NCBI GenBank assembly: GCA_019358915.1
Contig: JAHHIM010000036.1
Coordinates: 224,001 to 288,000, forward strand
Length of the DNA: 64,000 bases
From: Trichormus sp. ATA11-4-KO1
GTDB taxonomy: Bacteria > Cyanobacteriota > Cyanobacteriia > Cyanobacteriales > Nostocaceae
Reading direction: 5' to 3'
This document shows, one piece after another, positions 19,801-30,596 of this stretch (position 1 is its first letter; each line of letters begins with the position of its first letter). A model generated the notes under the pieces. The model saw only the letters and a list, made by a program, of their open reading frames with translations, was not told the DNA's origin and searched no databases. Position numbers and translations under genes: made by a program.

Positions 19801-20709
19801 TCACTCGATTAGTGCGTATTCACGACTGGACTCGACTAGTGGTTCTTGTCCCCGTAGTACAGAATTATCATTGAACATCTGTCGCTGATCTATGGGTAGG
19901 GGATTGAGCCAGTCGGACTCTTGGATTTGACCACTTTGGCTGTAAGCTGTTAGCGCATTTTGATAACAGACTGCTTTCACATGCGCTGTGGAAATGCCCC
20001 GTTCTAGCATTAATTGAGCAGTTTTGGGTACAGCCAGGGGATCACTGACACCCCAATCAGCACTACTATCTACGATGATGCGATCGCTCCCATAATGACG
20101 GACAATTTCTACCATGCGAGCATTCCCCATTTTTGTTTGTGGGTAAATTGTGAATGCTGCCCAAAAGCCGCGCTCTAAAACTTCTGCAACGGTCTCTTCG
20201 TTGTTATGATCCACAATTACCCGCGATGGATCTAACCCATGCTCAATACAAACATCCATACTGCGACTTGTACCTGCTTTTTTGTCGCGATGGGGTGTAT
20301 GAATCATTACTAACATATTTAATTCTTTGGCTAGTTCTAGCTGGAGACGAAAGTATTTATCTTCGGCTGGAGTCATATCGTCGTAGCCAATTTCACCGAT
20401 CGCCACTACACCCTCTTTACAAGCATACAGAGGTAACAGTTCCATTACTTGTGCTGCTAAGGCTTCGTTATTGGCTTCTTTGGAATTTAATCCTATTGTG
20501 CAGTAGTGCTTGATACCAAATTGAGAGGCGCGGAATCTTTCCCAACCGACTAGGCTACTGAAATAATCTTGGAAGGAGCCAATGTTTGTGCGGGGTTGAC
20601 CTAACCAGAAGGCTGGCTCAATTACTGCGACAATACCTGACTCGCGCATCATTTGATAATCATCGGTTGTGCGCGAACTCATATGAATGTGGGGATCTAT
20701 AAATATCAT
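19801..20709 (-). CDS. eboB: TatD-family hydrolase EboB
   Basis: DPHIH, GEIG, HTPH and DSSADWG motifs. Confidence 0.9.
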   Translation of the reverse strand: MIFIDPHIHMSSRTTDDYQMMRESGIVAVIEPAFWLGQPRTNIGSFQDYFSSLVGWERFRASQFGIKHYCTIGLNSKEANNEALAAQVMELLPLYACKEGVVAIGEIGYDDMTPAEDKYFRLQLELAKELNMLVMIHTPHRDKKAGTSRSMDVCIEHGLDPSRVIVDHNNEETVAEVLERGFWAAFTIYPQTKMGNARMVEIVRHYGSDRIIVDSSADWGVSDPLAVPKTAQLMLERGISTAHVKAVCYQNALTAYSQSGQIQESDWLNPLPIDQRQMFNDNSVLRGQEPLVESSREYALIE

Positions 20710-20772
20710 AATTCTTAGTGTTAATACTTGGTAAAGCAAATGTGCAGTTATATTTGTTACTAAATTCTTAAG

Positions 20773-21528
20773 TTACAACAAAACACTTTGTGTTTCAGCC
20801 CTTGGCAAATCTGCGAAAGTGTCAGCATCGGCAAAATCCTCTACTAATGGCCAAAGTTCTTCTGGTACGGAGCGGTGAGCGCTATGGCGTTCGTGGGCAT
20901 AGTCTATTAGCATCCTTCCTAGCTCACGGTTAGCACGAACATCAAGACCCTGAATTAAATGTAGAGGACTGCCGACAAACAAAGCTTTCAGTACCATTTG
21001 ATTCCATGCCAGTGTGTTAAAATACTGGGCTGGGTAGGGATTTTGTAAGGCGATCGCATTGAATACAGCGATCATGTTACTGCGAACTCCCTCGGCAGCA
21101 CGTTTTTGCAGTTGTTCTGGGTAAGGTAGCAAAGGTAAAGCTTGATACAGCGCTACTAATTCTCCTACGTCGGCATTTGTGAATACTTGCTCGAGTGTGT
21201 GTAAATATTTTTCTACATTGTCATGTGGCAGAGCTAGTACTAGTAGTGTACGTGCAGCTTGATCCACGCGCCAATGACCGGGAAACCAACCTATTCTCAT
21301 AATTGAGGCGGCTTTTAAGTCTTTGAGGTTTAGCTCTAGCTGTTGTTTGCCTATATAACGCGGCACTGCACTGAAGGCAGTGAAAAACTCTCGATTGCTG
21401 GCATTGCTCTTAATTTGCTCCCTTTTTTCATCTAGCCAAGTCAGAGCTGCTTGATTCACTGCTTGTGAAATCCAGTGGTGTAATAAGCTAGTGATACTGG
21501 TTTGCTTCAAATAAATTACAGCAGACAT
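20773..21528 (-). CDS. eboA: EboA domain protein
   Basis: RAAEGVRSNM, NPYP, WNQMVLKALF and DYAHER motifs. Confidence 0.9.
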   Translation of the reverse strand: MSAVIYLKQTSITSLLHHWISQAVNQAALTWLDEKREQIKSNASNREFFTAFSAVPRYIGKQQLELNLKDLKAASIMRIGWFPGHWRVDQAARTLLVLALPHDNVEKYLHTLEQVFTNADVGELVALYQALPLLPYPEQLQKRAAEGVRSNMIAVFNAIALQNPYPAQYFNTLAWNQMVLKALFVGSPLHLIQGLDVRANRELGRMLIDYAHERHSAHRSVPEELWPLVEDFADADTFADLPRAETQSVLL

Positions 21529-21803
21529 AATTATGGTTGCAATATAAGGAAGAAGTTAGGAGGAAGAAGGAAGAAGGAATAACTAACAAAAACTTTAGTT
21601 GTGGTTTTAAAGCCCACTTTAAAAAAGATGTTTTTTGAGAGGCGCAGCGCAAAAAAACGGCGGCGGAGTTTCAATCCCACTTTTTAAAATGTGGGTCTCT
21701 TCTTCCCTCTTCCCTCTTCCTTCGTGAAACCCGCATTACCCCCTGGGAAAATCTTGTGTGTACACTGTAGCTTTCTCAGGGGAGGGTTTGGGTGGAGTAA
21801 AAC

Positions 21804-23000
21804 TTACACAGAAGTAATTTCCAATTCCTTCTCTAAACTGATGAGTGTCTTTTTCTGCTTATGTTTCCGTAGTTTAGTAGCAGTAAATCCAAGTCCTAGT
21901 AATCCTAGACCTAGTATTGAAGTAGGCTCGGGTACTTTAGCTGCCCGTTCTACTGTTAAGACTTGAATCCGACCTTGGAAGAAATCACCTACATATACTT
22001 TGCCATCATTGTAATGTAGTCCAGCTGTCCAGTTAAACTTACCTGGTTCGAGGTCGATGGGGGTGCCATAGGGAGTAGTTCCACCTAGGGCTACAGGTGT
22101 AGGCGGTGGTACAATTTCACCAGATGAATTCCGGGTTGGTTCGCCAAAAGTAGTCAGGAAATTACCTTCTTTATCAAAGACTTGAACACGACTATTTTGC
22201 GAGTCTGCTACATAAATATTCTCGTATTCGTCCACATCAATGCCGATAGGTTCTTTAAACTGTCCAGGTTCAGAGCCAGTAGAGCCAAAGGCAAATAGAA
22301 AATCACCATTCGGGTCAAGAACTTGAACACGGCCGTTGTATTGGTCGTTAACATAAATTCTGCCAGTTGTATCGGAGATAATTAAGCCTCCTGGCCCCAA
22401 AAATTGACCGGGTTCACTGCCGGGACTGCCAATAGTTCTAATTTGTTCGCCTTCTGGGTTATATACTTTGATAATGTCGGCACTAAAGTCACTCACATAT
22501 AAATTACCAGTCGCATCAAAATCCATTCCTCCAGGGCCAAAAAATAATCTATCCTCTACAGGCCCGCTAAAAGAGGCATACGATGTCTTATAGTTACCCT
22601 CGGCATCGAAGACATTAATCCGACTGTTGAAAACATCACCCACATGCAAGTCACCTGTTATGGGGTTGAATCTGAGGTCTGCTGGCTCATCGAACTCTCC
22701 AGGCCCAGAGCCAGTGCTGCCAATACCCTTAATATAGTTGCCTTGGCTATCGAACACATCAACGCGGTCAATACCCCGACCATTACTAACGAAAATATTC
22801 TTGGTTGAGTCTTGTACTCCTATACCTTGGGGAACAGTAATTACTCCAGGAACACCAGGAAAATCACCATCGGTAAAGGTAGCAGGTCTACCAATACTAG
22901 TTTCGTATTTTAAAGTTAAAGCTTCGGCTGTACTTGCTATTGCTAATGTCATCAATCCAGCACCAGCAATTGCAATTGATAGTTTTTTTACTAATGCCAT
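21804..23000 (-). CDS. scyF: ScyF, NHL-repeat exported protein with PEP-CTERM tail
   Basis: Signal peptide from MALVKK, NHL repeats (GSGPGEF, NSRVQVF), VPEP-TM-basic C-terminus; AGGAG RBS before 23000. Confidence 0.9.
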   Translation of the reverse strand: MALVKKLSIAIAGAGLMTLAIASTAEALTLKYETSIGRPATFTDGDFPGVPGVITVPQGIGVQDSTKNIFVSNGRGIDRVDVFDSQGNYIKGIGSTGSGPGEFDEPADLRFNPITGDLHVGDVFNSRINVFDAEGNYKTSYASFSGPVEDRLFFGPGGMDFDATGNLYVSDFSADIIKVYNPEGEQIRTIGSPGSEPGQFLGPGGLIISDTTGRIYVNDQYNGRVQVLDPNGDFLFAFGSTGSEPGQFKEPIGIDVDEYENIYVADSQNSRVQVFDKEGNFLTTFGEPTRNSSGEIVPPPTPVALGGTTPYGTPIDLEPGKFNWTAGLHYNDGKVYVGDFFQGRIQVLTVERAAKVPEPTSILGLGLLGLGFTATKLRKHKQKKTLISLEKELEITSV

Positions 23001-23135
23001 CTGAGTTAAGCTCCTAGGTTTGTGGGGGACAAGGGGATAGGGGGATAGGGGGACAAGGGGATAGGGGGACAAGAGGACAAAAGGTGATTGCTAATATTAA
23101 GTTTTTTTCCCATCCCGATGCCCAATTCCCAATGA

Positions 23136-24425
23136 CTAATGACTAACGTCGGCTAATTTGCGTTTGTGCTTGAACATAGATGTGGTGCCGAATGCAGCTG
23201 CTGCTATTAGACCCAAAGTAGTAGTAGGTTCGGGGACTTGTGTGGGAGTTATGGGTTTTGTGGGAGTTATGGGATTGTATTGGAGGACTTGTCCAACACC
23301 TGGGCGATCGCCTTTGTTGGTAATATAGATAGTGCCGTCAGAGCCGACTTCTAGAGAAGTTGCAGATTCTAGTCCTTCACCAGCACTAATTAAAGTTGTA
23401 CGAGTCCCATCAGGGGCTACTTGGAATAAAGAAGCAGCGAAATCATTCTGCCATGCTGGTTGGTCGGCATATTGCAAAACTAACAAGTTGCCATTTTGAT
23501 CAAATTCCAAGTCCCCGATTTGTGTAAAGCCATCAGCGAAGACTGTTGGTATCCCATCATCCCCTACTCGATAAACACGTGACCCACCTTCTGGATAAGG
23601 AAAACCGGAAAAGTCGCTGACATATCGAGCGCCATCAGGCCCAATTGCTACACCTGTAGGTACTGGTTGTAAGGGAATTTCGTTGAGCGGTGCATCAGGA
23701 TCTACTCCTGGAGGTGGCTGCTGTCCTGGTGGAAGTTCTGGGAAAACAGCATTCTCAAATGGGCGACTAAAAAATGGTACTACATTAGTAATACCACTAC
23801 CATCTAGTGCCACACTCAATAAAGTATTCGCACCTGCATCAGCCACATAAGCTGTATCACCTTGAATCGCTAAAGCATAAGGGTTGGTGATGACATCACC
23901 TTGGTCGGGATTATTCAGGAGTTCAAACTGTGCTAAATCGGCAATACTAGTGAGCGCACCTGTGTTTAAGTCGATATTATAAAGTTGTCCGAAGGTGGAA
24001 TCATTAAAAACTGTGTCACGGTTGGTTGGGTTACCAGCGAAGCCATAAACCAGATAAGCATTACCTTGGGAATCAAACTTCAGGTCTTGCGGGCCAGCAC
24101 CTTCAATCCCACTACCTTGCAATGCTAAAGATGGTAGGTCTGTGAATATCCGCTCTTGTTGACCATCTTTAATTCTCGTAATCGCAGCAGTGTTACCAGA
24201 GCATAAAGAGGCAAATTGTACACTAGGTGATTGTACACATCCTCCGTCCCCTCCTATACCTGTTTCTGTGACATAGATGCTACCGTCAGGGCCAACACTA
24301 ACACCCCTAGCATTATCAAGACCGTCAGCAATTACAGAAAATGTGGCAGCTTCGGCTACTTTGGGTACAGAAACAGCAGCAATACAAAAGCTGACAAGTG
24401 TGATAGCAAATAACTTGAGTTTCAT
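23136..24425 (-). CDS. scyE: ScyD/ScyE family exported protein with PEP-CTERM tail (ScyE by position)
   Basis: Signal peptide MKLKLF..AEA, paralogous to the upstream gene, VPEPT tail. Confidence 0.82.
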   Translation of the reverse strand: MKLKLFAITLVSFCIAAVSVPKVAEAATFSVIADGLDNARGVSVGPDGSIYVTETGIGGDGGCVQSPSVQFASLCSGNTAAITRIKDGQQERIFTDLPSLALQGSGIEGAGPQDLKFDSQGNAYLVYGFAGNPTNRDTVFNDSTFGQLYNIDLNTGALTSIADLAQFELLNNPDQGDVITNPYALAIQGDTAYVADAGANTLLSVALDGSGITNVVPFFSRPFENAVFPELPPGQQPPPGVDPDAPLNEIPLQPVPTGVAIGPDGARYVSDFSGFPYPEGGSRVYRVGDDGIPTVFADGFTQIGDLEFDQNGNLLVLQYADQPAWQNDFAASLFQVAPDGTRTTLISAGEGLESATSLEVGSDGTIYITNKGDRPGVGQVLQYNPITPTKPITPTQVPEPTTTLGLIAAAAFGTTSMFKHKRKLADVSH

Positions 24426-24541
24426 ACTTTTGGAGATTAAGAGTTGATAATTTGGGGGAATTTTCCGGATTTCCAGACAAGAAATTACTTGTCCTAGAGG
24501 TAGTAGGGTAAACACTGAATATTGATCTGAGCGCTAGGACT

Positions 24542-25801
24542 TCATCTATGAAGGGGTTTGAGGCTGTTACTCTTGCGCCACCAAACAACGCCTAAAGCGC
24601 CGAAAGTCAATATACCTAATGCAGAATTAGGTTCAGGAACAGACTGGATATTTTCAATGCGGAGAATTTGTCCTTGTCCTGGGCGATCGCCTCGGTTAGC
24701 AATGTATACAGTACCATCAAGACCAATGGTTAAAGCAGTAGGTGATTCTAGTCCGTTACCACTGAGAATAGTTGTGCGAGTGCCATCGGGAGCTATTTTG
24801 ATTAAAGAACCATCTTGATTACCTTTCCACCCTGACTCATTGGCATACTGCAAAACATACAAATTGCCTGCATAGTCAAATTCCAAGTCCATTAGTTGGG
24901 TAAAACCCTCTGCATAGATTGTTGGGATTCCTTCATCACCAACACGATAAATTTTGGCTCCTGCTTCTGGAAAAGGAAAACCTGTATATTCACTTATATA
25001 GTAGGCTCCATCTAGTCCTTGAGCTACACCTGTTGGTACTGACTGAATGGTCAACTGTGATGGAGGTTTTTCAGTTTGAGTTGGGACTTGTTCAGGTTCA
25101 TTAGATGGGGTAAGGGAAGGCGGGAATACTGGATCAATCAATGTTTGCGTGGGAAGTACCGCGATCGCTTGCAAATCAGAGCCGTCAGTATTAACACGTA
25201 ATAAGCTGTTAGCAGCTGAATCAACAGTAACTAGTTGATTACCATCTATTAAAATTTTTAAGGGGTTGCTATTGAGATCATCGCCATCAGGATTGTTAAC
25301 AAGTTCATAGTTAGCGATATCTGCAATACTCGTCCACGAATTGGTAGCAAAGTCAGGAACGATAATTGTTCCTAGATCAGTTTCACCCAAGCGATCGCGA
25401 TAGGTGGGATTAGTTCCATAGCCCAGCAGCACGTAAGCCTGACCTGTAGCATCAAATTTAATATCACGGGGGCCAGCAGCTCTTTTGCCATCTGGTAATG
25501 CTAAGGAGGGTAATTCTGTCAATATAGGCTTGATTTCACCGTTTTCAATGACACTCACTACACCATTAGTGCCATAGCATAAGGAATCGCCTTCACCGCT
25601 TGGTGGTGGAACGCAAGCGCCACTTCCTCCTGTCCCACCTTCTGTAATATAAAGGTTACCGTCGGGGCTAAAGCTGAGACCACCTGGATTATTTAGACCG
25701 TCGGCAATTACTGTAAAGGATGCGGCTTCTGCTGCTTTCATTCCCGAAAAGACAGTAACATAAACACTAAGAAAGGTAATAGTGAGTTGCTTGATTTTCA
25801 T
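24542..25801 (-). CDS. scyD: ScyD/ScyE family exported protein with PEP-CTERM tail (ScyD by position)
   Basis: Signal peptide, IADGLNNP, VPTGV and GFPFPE motifs, VPEPN tail. Confidence 0.82.
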   Translation of the reverse strand: MKIKQLTITFLSVYVTVFSGMKAAEAASFTVIADGLNNPGGLSFSPDGNLYITEGGTGGSGACVPPPSGEGDSLCYGTNGVVSVIENGEIKPILTELPSLALPDGKRAAGPRDIKFDATGQAYVLLGYGTNPTYRDRLGETDLGTIIVPDFATNSWTSIADIANYELVNNPDGDDLNSNPLKILIDGNQLVTVDSAANSLLRVNTDGSDLQAIAVLPTQTLIDPVFPPSLTPSNEPEQVPTQTEKPPSQLTIQSVPTGVAQGLDGAYYISEYTGFPFPEAGAKIYRVGDEGIPTIYAEGFTQLMDLEFDYAGNLYVLQYANESGWKGNQDGSLIKIAPDGTRTTILSGNGLESPTALTIGLDGTVYIANRGDRPGQGQILRIENIQSVPEPNSALGILTFGALGVVWWRKSNSLKPLHR

Positions 25802-26006
25802 CTGTTAGGGTATTTATCTAGTTTTATTACTGCTTTGCGTTGTCATGTTTTAAACGCAGAGGGGTGTTGAGGTTTATTAGTTTTAATTCCCTAGGAATTA
25901 ATAAGTTTAAAGAAGCTTTGTCTTGTAGAGTCGCGATTCATCGTGTGTGTAAATTAGGGAAGAATTAATTAACCACAGATAATTTTGTACCTGGAATCCA
26001 GATTTT

Positions 26007-26978
26007 TTAGTTACTGGTAACTAGTGAATTTTGGTTTTTTGGTACATAACTCATTCCCATGTCAAAGGATTTCATGTTTCCAACTTTGGCTTCTAACATC
26101 CGTTTAATGTTCATGCTTTCAGCCCCAAAGTCTTCAATTTGGAGTTTGCCGTGAGCAAGAAGTTGATGATTTTTCCAGAATGTAATTCGATGCAGGATGA
26201 ACCCAGAAGCTTCTGGATCACCGAAAGCATAGGCAGTGGGGATGAGTAGGGCTACAGAGCGCTGATAAAATCCGTAGTCTGGATAAAAGTATTCTTGTTC
26301 GAGCAAGTTGTATTTACTCAAAGCATGTAGTCGCAGAGATATTTTGATTTTTTGGTCATATTCGTCTTTGAATTCACCTGATTGGTGAGTAATTTCACCA
26401 TTCGGCCGCACCAAGTGTGACCACTCATCCATATTTTGCAGGTTTGACAAATACTTGACCCCAATTTCAATGGGAGCATCAACATAGATGGTATCGGTAT
26501 CGATAAAGTAGCGCCCTTTGGCTGCCGAAGTACGACCAACTTTGCGTTCCAAAATGGCTTTGAGAGAACGAGTTTCGGAAGTATGTACAGTGTGAATTCC
26601 CTGCATAATCATCGGAGTTTGCCGCTTGGGATCGACAAAGCTCAACCAGTGGAAATACACACCTTCTTCATCAGTTTCTGGCTCAATGTAGCTCGGAGGA
26701 AAAAGCAGCACAGGATAAACTTGAAAGTATTGATTATACTCAAATCCACAATGCCATTCGATGCCATAGAAAAGTGGATTTTCTAGCTTTTTAACGTGAT
26801 AGTAAAGATTTTTTTGATAACCAGAAGCAGTGCCCAGCCAGGTATCTGCGTCAATTTGCTTGATCATCCGACTAAAGAGCGTCCAATCATCCAAGTTTTT
26901 CAAACTGCAAAGATATTCAAAGGCGCTCCGTGGTGAAGTAGCAATATAAGTTGATGTCGCAAATGTATTTTTTTCCAT
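26007..26978 (-). CDS. scyC: Scytonemin cyclase/decarboxylase ScyC
   Basis: Follows scyB; internal two-fold repeat (EYLCSLKNLDDW / KYLSNLQNMDEW). Confidence 0.9.
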   Translation of the reverse strand: MEKNTFATSTYIATSPRSAFEYLCSLKNLDDWTLFSRMIKQIDADTWLGTASGYQKNLYYHVKKLENPLFYGIEWHCGFEYNQYFQVYPVLLFPPSYIEPETDEEGVYFHWLSFVDPKRQTPMIMQGIHTVHTSETRSLKAILERKVGRTSAAKGRYFIDTDTIYVDAPIEIGVKYLSNLQNMDEWSHLVRPNGEITHQSGEFKDEYDQKIKISLRLHALSKYNLLEQEYFYPDYGFYQRSVALLIPTAYAFGDPEASGFILHRITFWKNHQLLAHGKLQIEDFGAESMNIKRMLEAKVGNMKSFDMGMSYVPKNQNSLVTSN

Positions 26979-27006
26979 GATTTATTCCTAGATTAATAGT
27001 TAGTAA

Positions 27007-28068
27007 TTACGCAGCAACTTGCTGAGATGTATTTTGTTTAGCTTTCATAATGCGATTTTCTGCTAATTGTTTAGCTGCATCATTTGTAGTAATTTGCTGC
27101 TGTTTAGCAATGTAAAATATTGCTAGTAGCGTGTCATAAATGTTATGCACTTGCTGAAAAGCTTTTTCTTCGTCATAGCCAATCATTTCATTGTAAACAT
27201 TGATTAATCCTCCGGCATTAATTACATAATCAGGGCAATAAATAATGCCTTTTTGGTCTAGCATTTGGCTATGTATTTGCTCATCTCCTAATTGATTATT
27301 AGCAGCACCAGCAATAATTTCAGCTTTTAAAAGTGGAATTGTCTCACTATTGAGCATTCCTCCTAAAGCACAAGGAGCAAAGATATCGACATCAAGAGCA
27401 TAAATTTCATGTGGCTCCACAACAGTCGCGCCAAATAGCTGCTTTACCTCTGCCGTTTTTGCTGGATCTACATCGCTCACATACAGTTTGATATTATGCT
27501 CATGTAAGTGACGGCAAAGGTTTTTACCAACATTTCCTAGACCTTGGACTGCAACTTTTAATCCTGCAAGTCCTTTGGTTTGCCAACGAGATTCTACAGC
27601 AGCTTTAATGCCTAAAAATACTCCCAATGCTGTAATAGGAGCAGGCCCACCAGACTTTTCTGATACCCCTACTACATATTTAGTCTCTTGATTAATTGTG
27701 CGGACATCTTTTGGGGTAATATTAACATCTTGACCTGTAATAAAACGTCCATTGAGACTTTCAATAAAACGCCCATAAGCCCTTAAAAATTCATCAGTTT
27801 TGTTTTCCGGATTAGCAATAATAACTGCCTTGCCTCCACCAGCCGGAATATTAGCACAAGCAGCCTTATAAGTCATCCCCCGACTCAGACGCAATGCGTC
27901 TTTTAAAGCAGCTTCCTCACTGATATAAGGAAAAAGTCTTGTAGCCCCCATTGCTGGTCCCAAACTTGTATTATGGATAGCAATAATTGCCTGAATATCT
28001 GGGTTTTTGCCATGACAGAAAATCACCTGTTCATGACCCATTTCCCTAACAGTTTCAAATAACAACAT
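27007..28068 (-). CDS. scyB: Tryptophan dehydrogenase ScyB (Glu/Leu/Phe/Val dehydrogenase family)
   Basis: LSRGMTYK, GGGKAV, QGLGNVG and PDYVINAGG motifs; cluster context. Confidence 0.93.
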   Translation of the reverse strand: MLLFETVREMGHEQVIFCHGKNPDIQAIIAIHNTSLGPAMGATRLFPYISEEAALKDALRLSRGMTYKAACANIPAGGGKAVIIANPENKTDEFLRAYGRFIESLNGRFITGQDVNITPKDVRTINQETKYVVGVSEKSGGPAPITALGVFLGIKAAVESRWQTKGLAGLKVAVQGLGNVGKNLCRHLHEHNIKLYVSDVDPAKTAEVKQLFGATVVEPHEIYALDVDIFAPCALGGMLNSETIPLLKAEIIAGAANNQLGDEQIHSQMLDQKGIIYCPDYVINAGGLINVYNEMIGYDEEKAFQQVHNIYDTLLAIFYIAKQQQITTNDAAKQLAENRIMKAKQNTSQQVAA

Positions 28069-28233
28069 TTTGGTTTCTCAAACTTAATTTTAGCGATGTA
28101 GAACCTAGCTTTCAGGGTAATATCCAAAACTAACGCAAAAACCCTTTTAAACCTCTTACCTTTGTGTCCTTTGCGGTTTCTTTTTTCATGCTCCTGAATA
28201 AGTCACAATCCTGATATAAATTCAACTCACACT

Positions 28234-30120
28234 TCAAACCGATGGGAAAGAAACCGTCTTAGTTGAAGCATTAACCTGATTTGATTTAACTCCTTGTGCT
28301 GCCAAACTCTTATTACGTCCACCAGAAGGTGCGGGTCGATCAGGGTCAATCACGACATCAATTAGAAAAGGATCATTTGCCGCGATCGCCTGTTCTAATG
28401 CTGCTTCTAAATCCGACTCGCGCACGACTCCCACCGCTTCTGCTCCCATACCACGAGCAATCATCGCAAAGTTAGTTTCGGGCATATCTGCATCTGCACC
28501 TTTTAATCCCAACATTTTCATCCCTTGATGACACATGTTGTAACGGGCATCATTAAGTACAATCCAGACAGCAGGTATCTTGTATTTCACGGCTGTGCTG
28601 ATTTCGTTGTTCATCAGCATTGCTCCGTCGCCAACAATGGCTACAGCCTTGCCTTTGCGGGCTTGTGCTGCACCCAAGACTCCTGTAGCTGTGTGACCCA
28701 TGGCTCCGACTCCGGTGCTGACTCGATAACGATTGGTTTGAGCAAATCGCAGTAAATGAGTTGACCAAGTAAACGAGTTACCGCACTCTGCCATGACTAC
28801 AGCATCGCTACCCTCAACAATAATTTTTTGAATTGCAGCCATCAAAACTTCAGGTCGCACTGGATAGTCTACATTTGCAGGTGGTGCAATAACTGTGCGT
28901 TCTGGATGAGGTAGGGGCAAATCTGTGTTAGCAGCAGGAACGTCTGGCCAATGCTGCAATAGTTCTTGCATGTAGGCTTTAATATCAGACTGAATCGGGA
29001 AGGTTTCAACGTCTGGATAAGCGACACCTGGCACTTCTGGATCAATGTCTACATGGATAAAGCCTCCTGAAGGAACCATCGCTGAACTCCAGAAGGAAGT
29101 AGGTTCACCAAGGCGGGTTCCTAGTACGAGTGTACGCAGTGGAGTGTGTTGTTCCATATAAGTCAAAACGGAAGCATGACCACCCAAACCTGTGACACCG
29201 ACAAACAGGGGATGATCTTCCGGGAAAATACCTTTACCACGGGGTGAACACATGACTGCGGCTCCCGTGTTCTCAGCGAATTGGCGAATCTCATCTGCGG
29301 CATCACGAGCGCCAAAACCAACCCAGATGGCAAAGTTTCCCGCAGATAATAACTCTATAGATTGGGCGATCGCTTCTTGTTGAGCAGTGACTAAAACACT
29401 AGGTACTTCTAGTTGAGGCAGGGATATACTATCAATTAAAGTTGTCTGTATACCTGTGGGAATGCTCAAATGAGCCACAAATCCGCCTGGTTGCGCTAAA
29501 GCCAGAGCTAGTTTGCGAAAAATTTGTGGAAGTTGCGCCCCAGATTCGATGGTAATTGCATAGTTGAACAGCGCGCCTTGGGTGAAGATTCCCCCGCTAG
29601 GTAAAGTGTAGGTGCTAGTTTCTTGAATTGCCCAGCGTCCGCGCTGTGGTGCTGAAGTACAAGCCGATAATAAAATTACCTTTGCACCTTCACCACGAGC
29701 CGCAAATAACCCAGTCAGAGCATTGGTAATACCTGGCCCAGCTGTGGTAAACACTACGGTAGGGCGATTATTAGCAAAATACGCTTCGGAAGCAGCAAAG
29801 GCAGCTCCGGCTTCATGGCGGAAGTTCAATACTTCTATGTTGCTATGGGAAAGCGCATTCCACAGACTAGCCATGGCACCACCAGCCACCCCAAAAGCAT
29901 AGTTGACTCCCAAACTTGCTAACATTTGGGCGATCGCCTCCACAACTGATAGCTTGGAGGATTCGTTGAGTAAAAAAGGTTGAATTTCCGTTTTCTGCTC
30001 TAATTTGTCCAACTGATGGGAACCGTTTGATGTCGATTCTACACAGTTGTTTGGTGGCAATTCCTTGTATATCTCAGTGGTGATTTGAGGGGAGTTTGCA
30101 TCAGTATAGTTTTGACTCAT
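28234..30120 (-). CDS. scyA: ThDP-dependent acyloin synthase ScyA
   Basis: RHEAGAAF, AGPGITN and GDGA..N ThDP motifs; first gene of the cluster. Confidence 0.93.
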   Translation of the reverse strand: MSQNYTDANSPQITTEIYKELPPNNCVESTSNGSHQLDKLEQKTEIQPFLLNESSKLSVVEAIAQMLASLGVNYAFGVAGGAMASLWNALSHSNIEVLNFRHEAGAAFAASEAYFANNRPTVVFTTAGPGITNALTGLFAARGEGAKVILLSACTSAPQRGRWAIQETSTYTLPSGGIFTQGALFNYAITIESGAQLPQIFRKLALALAQPGGFVAHLSIPTGIQTTLIDSISLPQLEVPSVLVTAQQEAIAQSIELLSAGNFAIWVGFGARDAADEIRQFAENTGAAVMCSPRGKGIFPEDHPLFVGVTGLGGHASVLTYMEQHTPLRTLVLGTRLGEPTSFWSSAMVPSGGFIHVDIDPEVPGVAYPDVETFPIQSDIKAYMQELLQHWPDVPAANTDLPLPHPERTVIAPPANVDYPVRPEVLMAAIQKIIVEGSDAVVMAECGNSFTWSTHLLRFAQTNRYRVSTGVGAMGHTATGVLGAAQARKGKAVAIVGDGAMLMNNEISTAVKYKIPAVWIVLNDARYNMCHQGMKMLGLKGADADMPETNFAMIARGMGAEAVGVVRESDLEAALEQAIAANDPFLIDVVIDPDRPAPSGGRNKSLAAQGVKSNQVNASTKTVSFPSV

Positions 30121-30350
30121 TGATTTTACGTAATTCCAGAAACTTGTATAAAGGCTCCTTGATGCACAATCACATTGCTGGGAATATCTAATACAAACGT
30201 CTCTGTTTTTTACAGTTATGACCGGATTTGATCAATAGTAAAGACGGTTGACTACTGCTAATTGATGCTTGTGAGCGCAGTCACAAAAATTTTTGTAAAG
30301 CGTACACAGTCAAGGACGTGCTTATGGAAATCATCATAGGGGGCAGGAAA

Positions 30351-30529
30351 ACATATTTGCAATCAACATTCTTTTGATGTGTTGTCAAATTTTTCGTTTT
30401 TATATTGATGCCTATATTAGGTTATTGACTGCATTATAAAATTTGCTTTTTGTGACTCATAGAATAATAAAGACATATCTGCAATCAAAAATCTTTTGAT
30501 AGCTTTGTCAATTTTTTCGCTCTTATATT
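30351..30529 (-). promoter_or_regulatory. Imperfect ~56-bp direct repeat pair upstream of scyA; candidate regulator sites or tandem promoters
   Basis: 30351-30406 versus 30473-30529: ACATAT.TGCAATCAA.A.TCTTTTGAT..TTGTCAA.TTTT.CG..TTATATT; each reads TTGACA on the scyA strand. Confidence 0.6.
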
Positions 30530-30596
30530 AGTAGCTTAGAGAGATTCACTTTTTGTGATGGTTAAAGTAAAATCAATAATTTTATCTATTTAACTC

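Noticed and set aside
23001..23072. N-terminal extension of ScyF (SPYPLVPL repeats)
   Set aside because: Heptamer repeat read in frame; the RBS and signal peptide indicate the start at 23000
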